From assembly GCF_006345805.1 (NCBI RefSeq), contig NC_042999.1, positions 46,376,001-46,440,000 of the forward strand: a DNA stretch of 64,000 nt, given 5' to 3'. The position numbers were made by a program, and so were the translations under genes. Origin of the DNA: Octopus sinensis. Lineage: Eukaryota. This document shows positions 11,562-25,188 of the stretch, piece by piece (position 1 is the first letter of the stretch; every line of letters begins with the position of its first letter). The notes under the pieces are model-generated. The model saw only the letters and a list, made by a program, of their open reading frames with translations. It did no database searches and was not told the origin of the DNA.

Positions 11562-12704
11562 CTGCATGATTTTCTAAAGGACAGGAGTCAAACTGTAGCA
11601 GCAAACGGAGCTCTCCCCACAGAGACACCAATAGTCAGTGGAGTGCCCCAGGGCACTGTGCTGGGGCCTCTGCTTTTCATGGTAGCCCTTTCAGATATGC
11701 CATCAATGACAGAGGCAGTCATGCTTACCAGCTATGCTGATGACACAGAAGTCGCACAGTCAGTCAAGGAAGCCTCTGATACTACACTCTTACAGAAAGA
11801 TCTAGATGCCATCTATACATGGGTCGAGGATAACAACATGCAATTTAATGCAAGTAAATTCCAGGCCCTCCGCTTCCAGTTATGCACTGCTCAGGAATCA
11901 CGACATCAGTACATTGGACTAAGTGGAGCAACAATTCAAGAATCAAATACAGTGCGTGATCTTGGAACAGAAATGAGCAACAATGCCACATTTCACACAC
12001 ACATCAACAAAATGGTAGCAGTAGCCAGAATACTGGCCGGTTGGATTCTGAGAACCTTCCAGACAAGGAACCAAGAAACTATGATGACACTATGGAAGTC
12101 ATTTATCCTCAGCCGACTGGACTACTGCTCTCAGCTATGGTCGCCTTATACTACATGGATGATAGCAGAACTTGAAGCAGTCCAATGACTTACACAAAGA
12201 AAATTGCATCTATGGAACGATTGAGCTACTGGGACAGGTTGAAAGAGCTGCGACTCTATTCTCTAGAACGAAGGTGGGAGAGGTATGCTGTAAAATATAT
12301 ATGGAAGATACTGGAAGGACTGGTACCAAACTTTGGACTAAAGAGCTACACCAGACCACAAACAGGATGTCACTGTGCTGTCCCCCCCACTGTGCCGACT
12401 TCTTCATCTCAGGCAAGGACGATGTACTGCAAGGCCCACAGCTGTTTAACTGTCTGCTTAAGCATCTGAGGAGCCTCCATGGAGTTGATGTAGACGTTTT
12501 CAAACGTGAACTTGACCTCTGGTTCGCCGAGATCCTGGATGAGCCAATATCTAAGCAAGCAACTCAAAATAGGGCAGTAGCATTGAACTCCATCCTTCAC
12601 CAAAAGCCACTCCGACAATGGTGGAAAGTGGAAAGGTGATTACAATGGTGGTGCTCCAGTATGGCCACAGTCATTGGACTGAAGCATATAAAAGAATAAA
12701 AGAA
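11562..12704 (+). mobile_element. CR1-like LINE 3' portion (RT, C-terminus, tail)
   Basis: SGVPQGTVLGPLLF, SYADDT, LDYCSQLWSP and LYSLERR...WKILEGLVPN motifs; stop/frameshift near 12185. Confidence 0.92.
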
Positions 12705-12869
12705 TTTACTTGTTTATTTATTTATTTCATTCATTTATTTTAATTGCTTACAGAAATGATTGTAATCAATTAATAAATTCTTCTAAATTAATGTTTACAG
12801 GCTGATGCTTGTCTATTGATTATCATGACCATTTTCTTTTTTGTCTATATGCTTTTTTACTTTTTTTTT

Positions 12870-13089
12870 TTTACTTTTTACTTGTTTCAGTCAGGTGACT
12901 GTGGCCATGCTGGAGCACCGCCTTTAGTCGAGCAAATTGACCCCAGGACTTATTCTTTGTAAGCCTAGTACTTATTCTATCGGTCTCTTTTGCCGAACCG
13001 CTAAGTTACAGGGACATAAACACACCAGCATCGGTTGTCAAGCGATGTTGGGGGGACAAACGCAGACACACGAACACATACACACACAT

Positions 13090-13120
<31 letters not shown>

Positions 13121-13293
13121 CATATATACGACGGGCTTCTTTCAGTTTCCGTCTACCAAATCCACTCACAAGGCTTTGGTTGGCCCGAAGCTATAGTAGA
13201 AGACACTTGCCCAAGGTGCCACACAGTGGGACTGTACCTGGAACCACGTGGTTGGTAAATAAGCTACTTACCACACAGCCACTCCTACGCCTA
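12870..13293 (-). mobile_element. SINE family A
   Basis: Full-length family match. Confidence 0.9.
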
Positions 13294-13724
13294 TAAAAAC
13301 ATTTAACCTTATTTGTCAGAAGTGGGATACGAACCTACGCCCACGTTTGTGGACCAGAGTACTCAATGTTCTAGTTAACGTACATGGCGCCTTAGACCAC
13401 TCGGCCATTCTGTTGGTGTGTTTATATCCTTATAACTTAGTGGTTTGGCAAAAATGGGCTAATAGAATAAGTACCAAGAAATAAGTCCTGGGGTCAGAAG
13501 CTTTGACTAAGAAATTGTATAAGGCACTGTTCCAGTGTAGCTGCAGTTAAATGACTTTGACAATTAAAAGAATAAAAGAATATACTAACTTCTGAAATTT
13601 TAAAAGCCTATTCCCTTTCCAGTGAAGTATTATTCTAATAAGAGCATCATCACAACTTGTCTCTCTCATTGCAGTTTCCTTATTCTTGCTCAGCTCTTTC
13701 ATTATCATCATAATTTTCATATTT

Positions 13725-13755
<31 letters not shown>

Positions 13756-13954
13756 GAAGAGGGAAAAATCCGTGGGATTAATCCTGAAATTGATTCAATA
13801 TAGAGATAACGAATTAAAAAAAAAAATTCTGTTAGCTTGCCTTCCTCGATTTCAGCACGATGTGTATTTATGGTGAATGTATATTGTAATATGGTGAATG
13901 ACGATTTAAAGTCTATTCTGAGCATATTGGCACAGATATTTTTTTTTGCCCTTA

Positions 13955-14300
13955 ACCACATGGTTCCGGGTTCAGTCCCACTGCATGGCATCTTGGGCAA
14001 GTGTCTTCTGCTATAGCCCCGGGCCGACCAATGCTTTGCGAGTGGATTTGGTAGACGGAAACAGAAAGAAGCCTGTCGTGTGTGTTTGTGTGTCTGTGTT
14101 TGTCCCCCTAGCATTTGCTTGACAACCGATGCTGGTGTGTTTACGTCCCCGTAACTTAGCGGTTCGGCAAAAGAGACCAATAGCATAAGTACTGGGCTTA
14201 CAAAGAATAAGTCCCAGGGTTGATTTGCTTGACTAAAGGCGGTGCTCCGGCATGGCCGCAGTCAAATGACTGAAACAAGTAAAAGAGTAAAAGAGAGAGT
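13955..14300 (+). mobile_element. SINE family A
   Basis: Family match ending in the GTAAAAGA tail. Confidence 0.88.
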
Positions 14301-14305
14301 AAAGA

Positions 14306-14353
<48 letters not shown>

Positions 14354-14682
14354 TATATATTTATATATGTGTGTGTGTGTGTGTGTGTATGTGTGTGTTT
14401 GTAAATATCTCTCTTTGTATATATATATATATATAAATCTATATGTGACTACTTTCTAGTTTATGATGACGAAAGTCAGACATAAGGCTTTGGTTGCCCT
14501 GGGTCCTCTACCACCACACTATCCTTATTCTCACTACTTCAGCAGCTGCCAGTACTAGCACTCTCCTCCTCCTCATCATCATCATTATCATTAACAGCAG
14601 CAATTATTGAAGAAGAGGAATAGATTATTGTGAAATTATTCAGGAAATCAAGTTTATTCATTTTTTGTATTTTGTTTCACAG

Positions 14683-14792
14683 GAGATCATATATGAGTTT
14701 CCATTCCATAATGATAAAGTCAGTCATGTGAGAGGAATGTTCATCACCCTGAATAAAGTACTGGAAGAAATTGTTCAAAGCCAAACACAGTG
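14683..14792 (+). CDS. INTU: Inturned exon (longin domain 1): EIIYEFPFHNDKVSHVRGMFITLNKVLEEIVQSQTQ(C)
   Basis: tttgtttcacAG acceptor and TG|GTAAGT donor; VRGMFITLNKVLEEI matches recalled INTU VRGIFLTLCDMLENV. Confidence 0.92.
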
Positions 14793-14904
14793 GTAAGTAT
14801 ATAATATATATATACATACATGCATACACATATATACACACACACAATATATATGTGTATGCATGTGTATCTCTCTAGGTGTGTGTTCATTATTATATAT
14901 ACTC

Positions 14905-15306
14905 CTTACTATTTTTACTCTTTTACTTGTTTCAGTCATTTGACTGCGGCCTTGCTGAAGCGCTGCCTTTAGTTGAGCAAATCGACCCTGGGATTTACTC
15001 TTTGTAAGCCTAGTACTTATTCTATTGTACTTTTTTGCCAAACCACTAAGTGACAGGGACATAAACACACTAGCATTGGTTGTCAAGCAATGCTAGGGGA
15101 ACAAACATACATATATATATATATATATATCTATATATATATACGATGGGCTTCTTTCAGTTTCCGTCTACCAAATCTACTCACAAGCCTTTGGTTGACC
15201 TGTGGCTACAGTAGAAGACACTTGCCCAAGGTGCCATGCAGTGGGACTGAACCCGGAACCATGTGGTTGGTAAGCAAGCTACTTACCACACAGTCACTTC
15301 TGCGCC
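14905..15306 (-). mobile_element. SINE family A
   Basis: Family match. Confidence 0.88.
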
Positions 15307-16078
15307 TATATGTTTATATACTAAATTTTTAAACAACTTTTCTTCATTCTTTAAGACTTGTAGCATTTTCCTGGTTTTTAATTTCTAATTTTATACTTTT
15401 AATTTATGTATTATTATTTTTTTTACCTGTTGTTTATATTTTAAATTAATTTTTATTTGATTTTTCTCTAATTTTTCTTCTCTCCTTGAAATTGCACCTT
15501 TTCTCTGATTTTGTTCATACCTTCCTTCCATGCAGTAGCATCTAACACCCATACACTTGCATTCACTTCTGGCACCACCTCCACATTCTCTTACCTTCCT
15601 AATTTCTTCACACTCACACCTGCTCCTAACTCCTCTCCTGTATGCTTTCCATATAACAGCTACACACACACATAACAATATTTCATGTTCGTTCTTCCCA
15701 ATGCCATTATACTTTTGCAATTGCACACTTCTTTACACTACCTCCCACAGAAAAATTCCACACACACATCACTCACTCCATATACCTGTCTCCAAACCTA
15801 GATGCACACCTATGCTTGCATTTACACACCCACTCCTCCGCCATTAACTTCTTCACAGACCAACATTCCCACCTGGCTCCTAAAACTTTCATCTGTATTT
15901 TTAACGACTTTTGATCTTTCTCACACATTCTACGGTCACTCTGTCTCCTGTTGAGGGAGTAATAACCAAAATGTTAAGACACTTTCCTTTTTTACATGTT
16001 AGATCAATATGTTTTTAAGCTCTTCCTGTTCTGTTTTGTCTTTTTTATTTCTCTTATAGTACATTGCATTTAAAATGT

Positions 16079-16112
<34 letters not shown>

Positions 16113-16129
16113 TTGCATTTTTCAAGCCT

Positions 16130-16405
16130 AACCAGGCTCATGGGCCTGGTTTCTCAGTTTTGTGGCGTATGTGTTCCTCCAAGCTGGACGGGATGCCAGT
16201 CCATCGCAGCGTTACTCAAGAAACAGGAAGAGAGATTGAGAGAAAGTTGGGGTGAAAGAGTACAACAGGGGTCATCACCTGCCCCTGTTGGAGCCACGTG
16301 GAGCTTTTAGGTGTTTTCGCTCAATAAACACACCAACGCCCAGTCTGGGATCGAAACCCCAATCCTCTGACCGCGAGTCTGCTGCCTGAACCACTGGGCC
16401 ATTGC
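16130..16405 (-). mobile_element. SINE family B
   Basis: Reverse complement of the family B head and body. Confidence 0.82.
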
Positions 16406-16838
16406 TCGAATGGTGCCTCTTACATGCCACCGGCACGGAAGCCAGTTAGCTGCTCTGGCAACGATCACACTCGGATGGGGCTCTTAGTACCCTACTAACA
16501 TGGGGCACAAGTGCCAGTAAGGCGAAGCTGGTATCGATCACACTCGAATGGTGCCTTTTATGTGCCACTGGCACAGAAGCCAGTTCGCTGCTCTGTCAAC
16601 GATCACGCTTGTATGGTGCACGTGCCTGTCATCGAATTTCACTTTGATTTTGATTTTGATTTCATTTATATATCATCATCATCATCATCATCATCGTTTA
16701 ATGTCCGTTTTCCATGCTAGCATGGGTTGGATGGTTCAACTGGGGTCTAGGAAGCCAGAAGGCTGCGCCAGGCCCAGTCTGATCTGGCAGTGTTTCTACA
16801 GCTGGATGCCCTTCCTAACGCCAACCACTCCGTGAGTG
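16405..16838 (+). mobile_element. RTE 3'UTR-derived fragments
   Basis: Same sub-repeats and (CAT)n block as 5545-5950 and 8175-8630; sense of the element is the minus strand, and the pieces appear rearranged around the (CAT)n. Confidence 0.6.
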
Positions 16839-17193
16839 TAAATATATATATATATGTCATGGTTCTTTAAGTTTCTGTTTACAAGGCTTTGGTTGGCCTG
16901 AGGCGATAGTAGAAGACATTTGTCCAAAGTGCCATGCAGTGGGGCTTAATCCAGAACCATGAAGTTGGTAAGCAAGCAACTTACCACACAACCACTCCTG
17001 ATATATATATTTATGATTATGCCTATGTATATACATAAAAAGTTGTCAAGTATGAAATTTGTAGTATGGTATATGGTAAATTTTGACAGCTGTTCAGTTT
17101 GTACCATCAGTATATTTTGACAATCCATATTTTTTGTTAGAAAGCTGAGACATTTATTTCTTTATTCTAACACATTTTGTGCTTTATGAAGTA

Positions 17194-17759
17194 TTGGATT
17201 GTCCAGAGAGTTCATGCTGATTTTTAAAGGAAAGAAAAAGGCCAATAGATACTTGCCATTACATTTTTAATCAACCACATATGAACCATTTTGTTGCACA
17301 ATGCATCTCCATCTTTCCTTTAACTTGAAAATACCCTCTTCCCAGAATTGAGGTGGTTTCATGGCAAAGAATTCATCAAGGTATCTTTTTATGTCATCCA
17401 AAGAATTGAAATTTTTACCATTAAGACTATTCTACAGAGACCTGAATAAGTGGAAATCCAAAGAAGCAATATCTGGTGAATATGGAAGGTGGGGTAACAC
17501 ATCCCAGCTGAGCTGCAGCAATTTTTGTCTGGTTCCCAAAGCATCAAGTGCCGAAAATGAACTTTCTTATCTTCCATTTTAAAGGATTACAGAATTAACA
17601 CAGGTTATAGGAACATAAACCTTCTTCCCCGAAAAGATAGCTTAAACTGTGCTCTAAATGAAGGTGTAGTCAAATCCTATTTTCTGGACTCAACCATGTT
17701 CTAAAATAAGTCGAAAGGTAAACTACTATAAATCGGCACAAACTTTCTGGACAACCCAA
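17194..17759 (-). mobile_element. Internally deleted mariner element with TIRs and TA target duplication
   Basis: TA|TTGGATTGTCCAGAGAGTT ... AACTTTCTGGACAACCCAA|TA; minus strand fuses MEDKKVHFRHLML to WDVLPHLPYSPDIASLDFHLF...RWRCIVQQNGSY. Confidence 0.88.
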
Positions 17760-17795
17760 TATTTATAAATCGTTTTTTACTATTTTTGTTTAGAG

Positions 17796-18410
17796 ATGGA
17801 TCAGTTGGAAATTCATACAGTTTTGAAATATGAGTTCTTTTACAGACAGCTCAGAATATTAATGGAGTATTTCATTCTAATGTTATTACACAGCAGACAG
17901 TATCACATTGGTTTGCAAACTTTCATTCTGGTAACTTTCGCCTCACAAATGAGCAATGCAGTCGACTGCAAACAAAGGTGGATAATGTTGAACTGCAAGC
18001 CACCGTCGAGTCAGATCCATCTCAAAGTGCCCGTGAATTATCATTGTTGTTTGATGTTAGAAAGCAAACAATATTGACTCACCTAATTCAAATTGGTAAA
18101 GTGAAAAAGTTCGATAAGTGGATTCCACAGGAACACAATGAAAATCAGAAAAAGCAACATTTGGAAGCCTGTATTATACTACTTTCTCATCACAAAAATG
18201 AATCATTTTTGGATCGAATTATAGCATGCGATGAAAAATGGATCCAATACAACAACTGGAAATGGTCAGCACAATGGTTGGATGAAAACGAGTCACCAAA
18301 ACACAGTCCAAAAAGCAAAATTCATCAAATGAAGCTGATAATGTGTGTTTGGTGGTCTAGTGCAGGTGTGATCCATTATGATTTCATTAAACCTGGCTCA
18401 TCAATTACAG
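17796..18410 (+). mobile_element. Mariner transposase pseudogene (HTH plus first catalytic Asp), cut off by a SINE A fragment
   Basis: ELQATVESDPSQSARELS...KKFDKWIP...IIACDEKW...MCVWWSSAGVIHY; frameshifts. Confidence 0.9.
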
Positions 18411-18751
18411 CCAGGGCAAAAGAGACTGATAGAATAAGTGCTAGGCTTACAAAGAATAAGTCCTGGGGTCAATTTGCTCGACTAAAGATGGTGCTCCAGC
18501 ATGGCCACAGTCAAATGTCTGAAACAAGTAAAAGAGTAAAGTGTAAAGAGAGATAGCTTTTCATGTAAGTTAGGGAAATCCTAGTAACTATGTGTAGTAA
18601 GATAAAATTTCTTAAACCTCCTTTGTGGTATTTGATGGATTCAATAGTACTAAACCTTTCAAACATTTTAATGATTTACTTACGAAATTTAGCTTTATAA
18701 GAAAAAAAAAAGGGGTATATAAAAATTTTTGCATAGTATTTTCCTGAGATG

Positions 18752-19060
18752 TGGAGGTGCAATGGCCCAGTGGTTAGGGCAGCGGACTCATGATCGGAGG
18801 ATCGCAGTTTCAATTCCCAGACCAGGCGTTGTGTGTCTTTTGAGTGAAAACACTTAAATGCTCCACAAGGCTCCGGCAGGGGGTGGTGGCCACCTCTATT
18901 GTACTCTTTTGCCCCAACTTTCTCTCACTCTTTCTTCCTGTTTCTTGAGTAACACTGCGATGGACTGGTGTCCCATCCAGCTGGGCGGGGGGACACATAT
19001 GCCATAGAAACAGAGAAACCGAGCCCCATGAGCCTGGCTAGGCTTGAAAAGGTCGCATAA
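18752..19060 (+). mobile_element. SINE family B
   Basis: tRNA-like head; tail ...CCCATGAGCCTGGCTAGGCTT. Confidence 0.85.
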
Positions 19061-20477
19061 AAAATAAAGATATTTTCCTGAGATATCATTAGGTAAAATG
19101 GTTGGTAAACACTGTGGGGAGTTTTCCCTCTCAGCAAGCTGAGTGAGCACTTGCATTTGCTAACTCTGGTTTCGTATATATGGCTTGTATAATAAAACAA
19201 GATTAAAGCGTTTTACTTTTTTTACTCGCAGTGTATTTTGTATAGATATACCCAATATAACCTATTTGCTTATTGCTATGTAAGTGCATGACTATCCTTT
19301 GACTTCTCTGCTATGAGATTTTTTAATTTTCAATTGATATTCTTTAATTACCCAAGCTTAACCAGATTCTTACGTTCTGACGATAACTTTCATCACTCAC
19401 TTTGAATTACTCAAAGATAACAGGCAAGGTCATGCAAGTTAAGAAAATTTTAATTGCTTCAATCAAAAGCTAATATAGTTGATAGTGAAAGCAATAGAAC
19501 TGCATCTATTCATGGTTTCATTTAAAACTATATTTTTACAAGTTTCATCTACATTAAAGATTCATTTATTGAATAATTTTATCACATAATTAAAAATAAG
19601 ATAAAATTACACCGGAATCTGAACTTTGATAGTCTTGAATTCTTTGAAATAAGTATAAGCTGAATATACTTGACTCTTTTAATATCGATTGTTTGTAAAC
19701 ATGAAGTCTTGGCTTCTGTCGTTTAAACTGATTATGGAGAGTGAAGATTCCAGAATCACTTTATTTAGATCAAATCAAATAATCGTTCAATTTCATCCTT
19801 CATTGCACCAATCTATTTTTCTAAACAAACAACTGGAAAAATCTCAATAACATTAACTGAAACTACTTAATTGCAAAGAAAATAATTAACTGGTTGTTAT
19901 AACAGATTTGATGTTATATGTTTTTCCATACATCATTCTGAGACATCTGTGTCACATCATCAGTGAAGCTTCCTTGGGTCACTGGGTATTTTGGGTTTCT
20001 TAACAATTAGAGAGCCTCACCCAATTAACGCTGTCAGGGTTGATCAAGCTTTAGCTTGATTTCAGTTAGCATTACCATTCCAAAGCTCATACTTCCTGAT
20101 GCTCAGCCACCTTGATGTAACCATAGTCAACTTGAAGGATATCTGCAATTCCAGCAGGTGGATCGAGCCAGCATGCTGTGGGTTCAGCAAAACAGACTGA
20201 CCTCAAAATGCTCTGCACCTCAAAATTCTGGTGTTTTCAAACATTACATAAGTAACCAAATTATGGAATTACATGGCGAATTTGCAGATCCATCACAGTT
20301 GTTGTTTTCAATGCTTTTGACTTTGTGGAACATTTTATATAAAAGTAAAAAATTGATGGTTTCCCATGTTTTATAAGTCATTCAAAATTGGGCATAAAGC
20401 ATTTTTCACAATGCTCATCCATCAACATGGATATTCTAAAACCTCAAATTATATATTTAAAAGTCCTTGGTATATAG

Positions 20478-20647
20478 GTGCAGGAGTGGCTGTGTGGTAA
20501 GTAGCTTGCTTACCAACCACATGATTCTGGGTTGAGTCCCACTGTGTGGCACCTTGGCCAAATGTCTTCTACTATAGCCTTGGGCTGACCAAAGCCTTGT
20601 GAGTGGATTTGGTAGTTGGAAACTGAAAGAAGCCCATCGTATATATG

Positions 20648-20687
<40 letters not shown>

Positions 20688-20910
20688 AGTATATTTGTGT
20701 TTGTGTGTCTGTGTTAGTCCCCCCAACATCGCTTGACAACCGATGCCGGTGTGTTTATGTCCCCGTAACTTAGTGGTTTGGCAAAAGAGATTGATAGAAT
20801 AAGTAATAGGTTTACAAAGAATAAGTTCTGGGGTCGATTTGCTCGACTAAAGGCGGTACTCTAGCATGGCCACAGTCAAATGACTGAAACAAGTAAAAGA
20901 GTAAAGAGAG
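20478..20910 (+). mobile_element. SINE family A
   Basis: Full-length family match. Confidence 0.9.
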
Positions 20911-21232
20911 TATCTCTAAGTTACAATTTGTGATGCACCAGAGCGACACAGCACACTACACTGTGTTAGTGCTTCAAACGAAATGCTAGTGAGCCTAGTA
21001 TTTGACCGTAGTTTATTTTATCAACCCCAAAAGGAAGAAAAGCAAAGATGATCGCAGTGAGATTTGAACTCAGAATGTAAATTATCAGAACAAACACTAC
21101 AGAATTTTCCCAATGCTTTTACAGTCCGCTAGCTCACCTCTTCAAATAATAATTATTTCTAATTAAGGCACAAGATCAAGTAATTTGAGATGACGTGGTC
21201 AGTTGCTGCCCTTGTGACAAAATTTGAAACCT

Positions 21233-21352
21233 TTATTATTATTACCATTATTATTATTATTATTATTGTTATTATTATTATTATTATTATTGTTATTATT
21301 ATTATTATTGTTATTATTATTATTATTATTATTGTTATTATTATTATTATTG
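21233..21352. repeat. (ATT)n microsatellite
   Basis: Direct inspection. Confidence 0.95.
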
Positions 21353-21616
21353 TCAAGATGGCAGCGAGCTGGCAGAATCGTCACCGTGCCGGGAAAAATG
21401 CCTAGCGGCATTTCGTCCGTCTCCTATGTTCTGAGTTCAAATTCTGCTGATGTCGACTTTGCCTTTTTTCGTTTCGGGGTCGATAAAATAAGCACCAGTT
21501 GAACATTGGGGACGATGTAATCGACTAACCCCACTTCTCCCAAAATTTGAAATGATTATCATCATCATCATCATTATTATTACGGTGAAGCAATATCCCC
21601 TTGTATCTATTTACAG

Positions 21617-21706
21617 TTCAAATCTGGTGTACCATCATCAGCTGATCAACGTATCATATTACAAAGACGACAACAGTACCCTTTTGTTAGTGCTGCCAAC
21701 AGATTT
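21617..21706 (+). CDS. INTU: Inturned exon: SNLVYHHQLINVSYYKDDNSTLLLVLPTD(L)
   Basis: tatttacAG acceptor and TT|GTAAGT donor; 90 nt, phase 2-2; matches recalled [27 protein letters not shown]. Confidence 0.9.
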
Positions 21707-21942
21707 GTAAGTTTCGATATTCTATCATTCATATTTTGTCTTACGTTAATTAATGAATTAATTGGATATATAATTAATTAATTAATCGATTAACTTTGTA
21801 ATTAATTAATTCATTAATTAGCTATATAATTAATTAATTCATATATTCTGTCGTTTTCACTACCAGCATTGTTTTCTTGGGAATGTCGAATATATCTAAT
21901 TATTCAACAGAAAGTCTATTTGTTTTAAATACTCACCCCAGC

Positions 21943-21944
<2 letters not shown>

Positions 21945-21973
<29 letters not shown>

Positions 21974-22095
21974 TGTATGTATGTATGTATGTATGTATGT
22001 ATGTATGTATGTATGTATGTATGTATGTATGTATGCATGCATGTATGTATGTATGTATGTATATATATATATGTATGTATATATATATGTATGTA
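21945..22095. repeat. (TATG)n microsatellite
   Basis: Direct inspection. Confidence 0.95.
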
Positions 22096-24752
22096 TCTGG
22101 GTAATATAATTGTAAATACACACACACACGCGCACATTGGGATAGAGAGAGAGTTTTACAGGATCAGTTAAAAAAGCCAAAACCCCCCAAAACCATGCAC
22201 TCAATTCAACTATAATGAATTAATAATCATTTAATAAATACAGGTGTTATGAGTGAGCTGCTGCAGGTATCATTCTAGAAACGCTTTATATTCTTCTTAC
22301 CCTCTTATATCTGAAATTAGGTGTTGCGTGTACAATCCAGCGATCATTCAAGCCCTTGTAATATGGCTACTCATTGAGAATGTACGGGAATACATGTGAA
22401 AAAAGAAGAAACGTTCGAACCTAAATGAGGATAATTCTGTTCTTGGAAGCTAGGATAGCGTTTAATTATCACACGAGGATTTGTCAGAAAATGTTCTAAT
22501 TTTAAAGGAAGAATATTGCTAATTATTATTATTATTATTATTGTCAAGATGGCAGCGAGCTGGCAGAATCGTCACTGTGCCGGGTAAAAAATGCTTAGTG
22601 GCATTTCGTCCGCCTCCTATGTTCTCAGTTCAAATTCTGCTGAAGTCGACTATGGCAAAATGACCATTCCGAAATACAACAAATATTGCTAATATTAAGT
22701 GCATATGGCTAAGAGAGACGAAATGAGTTTTATATTTGTGAGTATGTGAGTCAGTATTGAACATGGAAGTTTACAGTTTCAATTTAGAGTATCGAGAGAA
22801 TGTAAAAATCCATGGCTAGCACTTGAATAGGCGAATTGCTAATTTGTATCGAACTTTGTGAGAGGGAGGGCTTTTCAGTTTGATAAAAGAAATTTGTCTA
22901 GATGCATACATCTTGTTAACATCTCTGATCTCGAGTTTAGATAGTCAGTGATATCCTTCAACTTAATTAATTTGTGTGCGGAGTTTGAACGTAGAAGGTA
23001 ATGTCGGACGAAATGCTGCTAAGAATTTTGTTCATCTTACTGACGATGAACAATAAAGACTTATAATAAAAATACCAAAGAAGAAGTAAATGAGAACGTG
23101 AGAATGGGGCGCAAGGGAATTATAATAAATAGGTAATTAATGTGCCAGTGATGATAGGGTTTGTATGCATATTTGGTGAGGCGAACTTTATATTCTATGT
23201 CTAACATATTGGTACAGGGTTCTGGTTCGTTGTTAACACTTTGCCGCTCCGAAGCATTTTCATAAATTTGCCCTAAACGTCCTTTCTTGTTTTTAGACTG
23301 TTATTTAGCCCATGTTTCATACGTTCCGAGTTATATAAAGCTTTCCTTTCATAAGTTCCAAGTTACTGAAAAAACTTGAGATTGTGCACCATATATGATG
23401 CATGGAAGCCAGAGAAATATTTCTTTGTTTATCACTCGGGACACACAAGAGAAGCAAAGGGTTAAAATCAATGTCATGAAGTTATTTTTCTGGGATTTGA
23501 ATGGGATGGTAGTTATATTTCAAACCACTCCAATATGGATATATTCCAAAGTGTTGCGTGATGCATATAAAAGTAGCTTCTTTTGAGAACATTTTTGAAT
23601 AATCATTAATAATCATATTAAATTTTGAGTTGGTTAGATTTATCGTCAAGTTTTATAGTTCTGAATTGTATAGAAAAATCTACTTTATAAGTATTTGCCA
23701 AAATCTTAACAGTGATCAGTATTCATTGCTTATAAACTCACGAATCTATTTATCGAAACCCACCTAACGATATCTAATTTAAATTTAGCATTAATCTTAA
23801 ATCTAATTCTAACCCTTAATATGATCTAATACTTCTAAGTCAAAATCGGAAAATCTGGATTAAAACCGAACAGTAGGAAAACCAACACGCAACTGCATAT
23901 CTTACAAGACAATGGAGGTAGCAGGGAAAATGTCATTTCATGGAAGAAGCTTTAATTAGGAGAATTCTGTGAGCTGGAGATTATATAAAACAATAAAAAG
24001 GAAGGAAAGGAGAATCGAGGAGTATGTAAGAAAGGACAAATCTCGAAGAGAGGTCGTTATCTGCTTAGTTTTTATATCTTCAGCAAATGGGAGACAGTGA
24101 AACTGTGAAACTGATTTAAAATATAAATTAACCCTTTCAATTCGCTACCATGAATCAGGAAATGTTGTTTATTTATAATCAAATGTACTGTTATAAATAA
24201 ACCTAGTTATATAACTATTTAACTATTTGAGTTCTATATCTATTTAAGGTAGAAAACATTAAGAGCTGATATGCGCCTATACATACACACATATCCTTTC
24301 ATTGACCTTCAACTCTTGATAAAATAGTAGGGGTGCCGTTATGGTATATGGTATATCTAGGGTGCCTAAGGCTGATGGGGCCCGTCCCTCTCGAGATCTG
24401 ATTAAAGCTGATTCTTCCGGAATGAGAGAGAGAGAGTGAGAAAGAGAGAGAGTGAGAGAGAAAGAGGGGGGAGAGAAGAATTTACTAATGTAGTGGACTA
24501 GTATTTATTGAGCTCCGAAAGGATCAAAAGCACAACCAGAAGAAATGCAGACTATTGATTCACCTACTCCATCTTTGAAATGAACTTTGTATAGTGTTAC
24601 ACCACACATGCTTAATAACCATATATTCACAGCTGCGCTGGACAAAACAGAATAGACTAGAGACTAGCTGTTGCGACTATACTTTGATACTTTGATACTT
24701 TGATAGGTTTCGGCCATTATTGGCCCAGGCCATGTCTAACTTAATAGCACCA

Positions 24753-24796
<44 letters not shown>

Positions 24797-24914
24797 CACA
24801 TTGCCCCTTGGGCATGTGTTTTCTATAAACCTAGGCCAACTAAATCTTATGTGTAGGTTTGGTAGACAGAAACTGAAAGAAATCCGTTGTGTGTGTGTGT
24901 GTATATAATAATAA

Positions 24915-25152
24915 ATAAATGCGCCCTTTTAAAGCCTAGCCAGGCTCATGGGACCGGTTTCTCAGCTTCAATGGCGTATGTGTTCCCCAGCTGGACGGTA
25001 CGCCAGTCCATCGCAGCGTTACTCATTTTTGCCAATTGAGTGGACTGGAGCAACGTGAAATGAAATGTTTTGCGTCGCCCGCTCCAGGAATCGAAATCAC
25101 AGTCTTACGATCATGATGCGGACACCCTAACCACTAAGCCACGCGCCTCCAC
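24915..25152 (-). mobile_element. SINE family B variant
   Basis: Reverse complement of GTGGAGGCGCGTGGCTTAGTGGTTAGGG head; matches 32125-32370. Confidence 0.85.
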
Positions 25153-25155
25153 GTG

Positions 25156-25188
<33 letters not shown>

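Noticed and set aside
15391-15900. ORFs 15391-15726 (-) and 15557-15847 (+)
   Set aside because: Low-complexity C/A-rich sequence with no recognisable domain or splice support
19960-20250. Coding-looking stretch (minus frame WLDPPAGIADILQVD)
   Set aside because: Short, bounded by stops, no family I can name and no splice support
21740-21845. AATT-rich quasi-palindrome
   Set aside because: Low-complexity AT sequence self-pairs trivially
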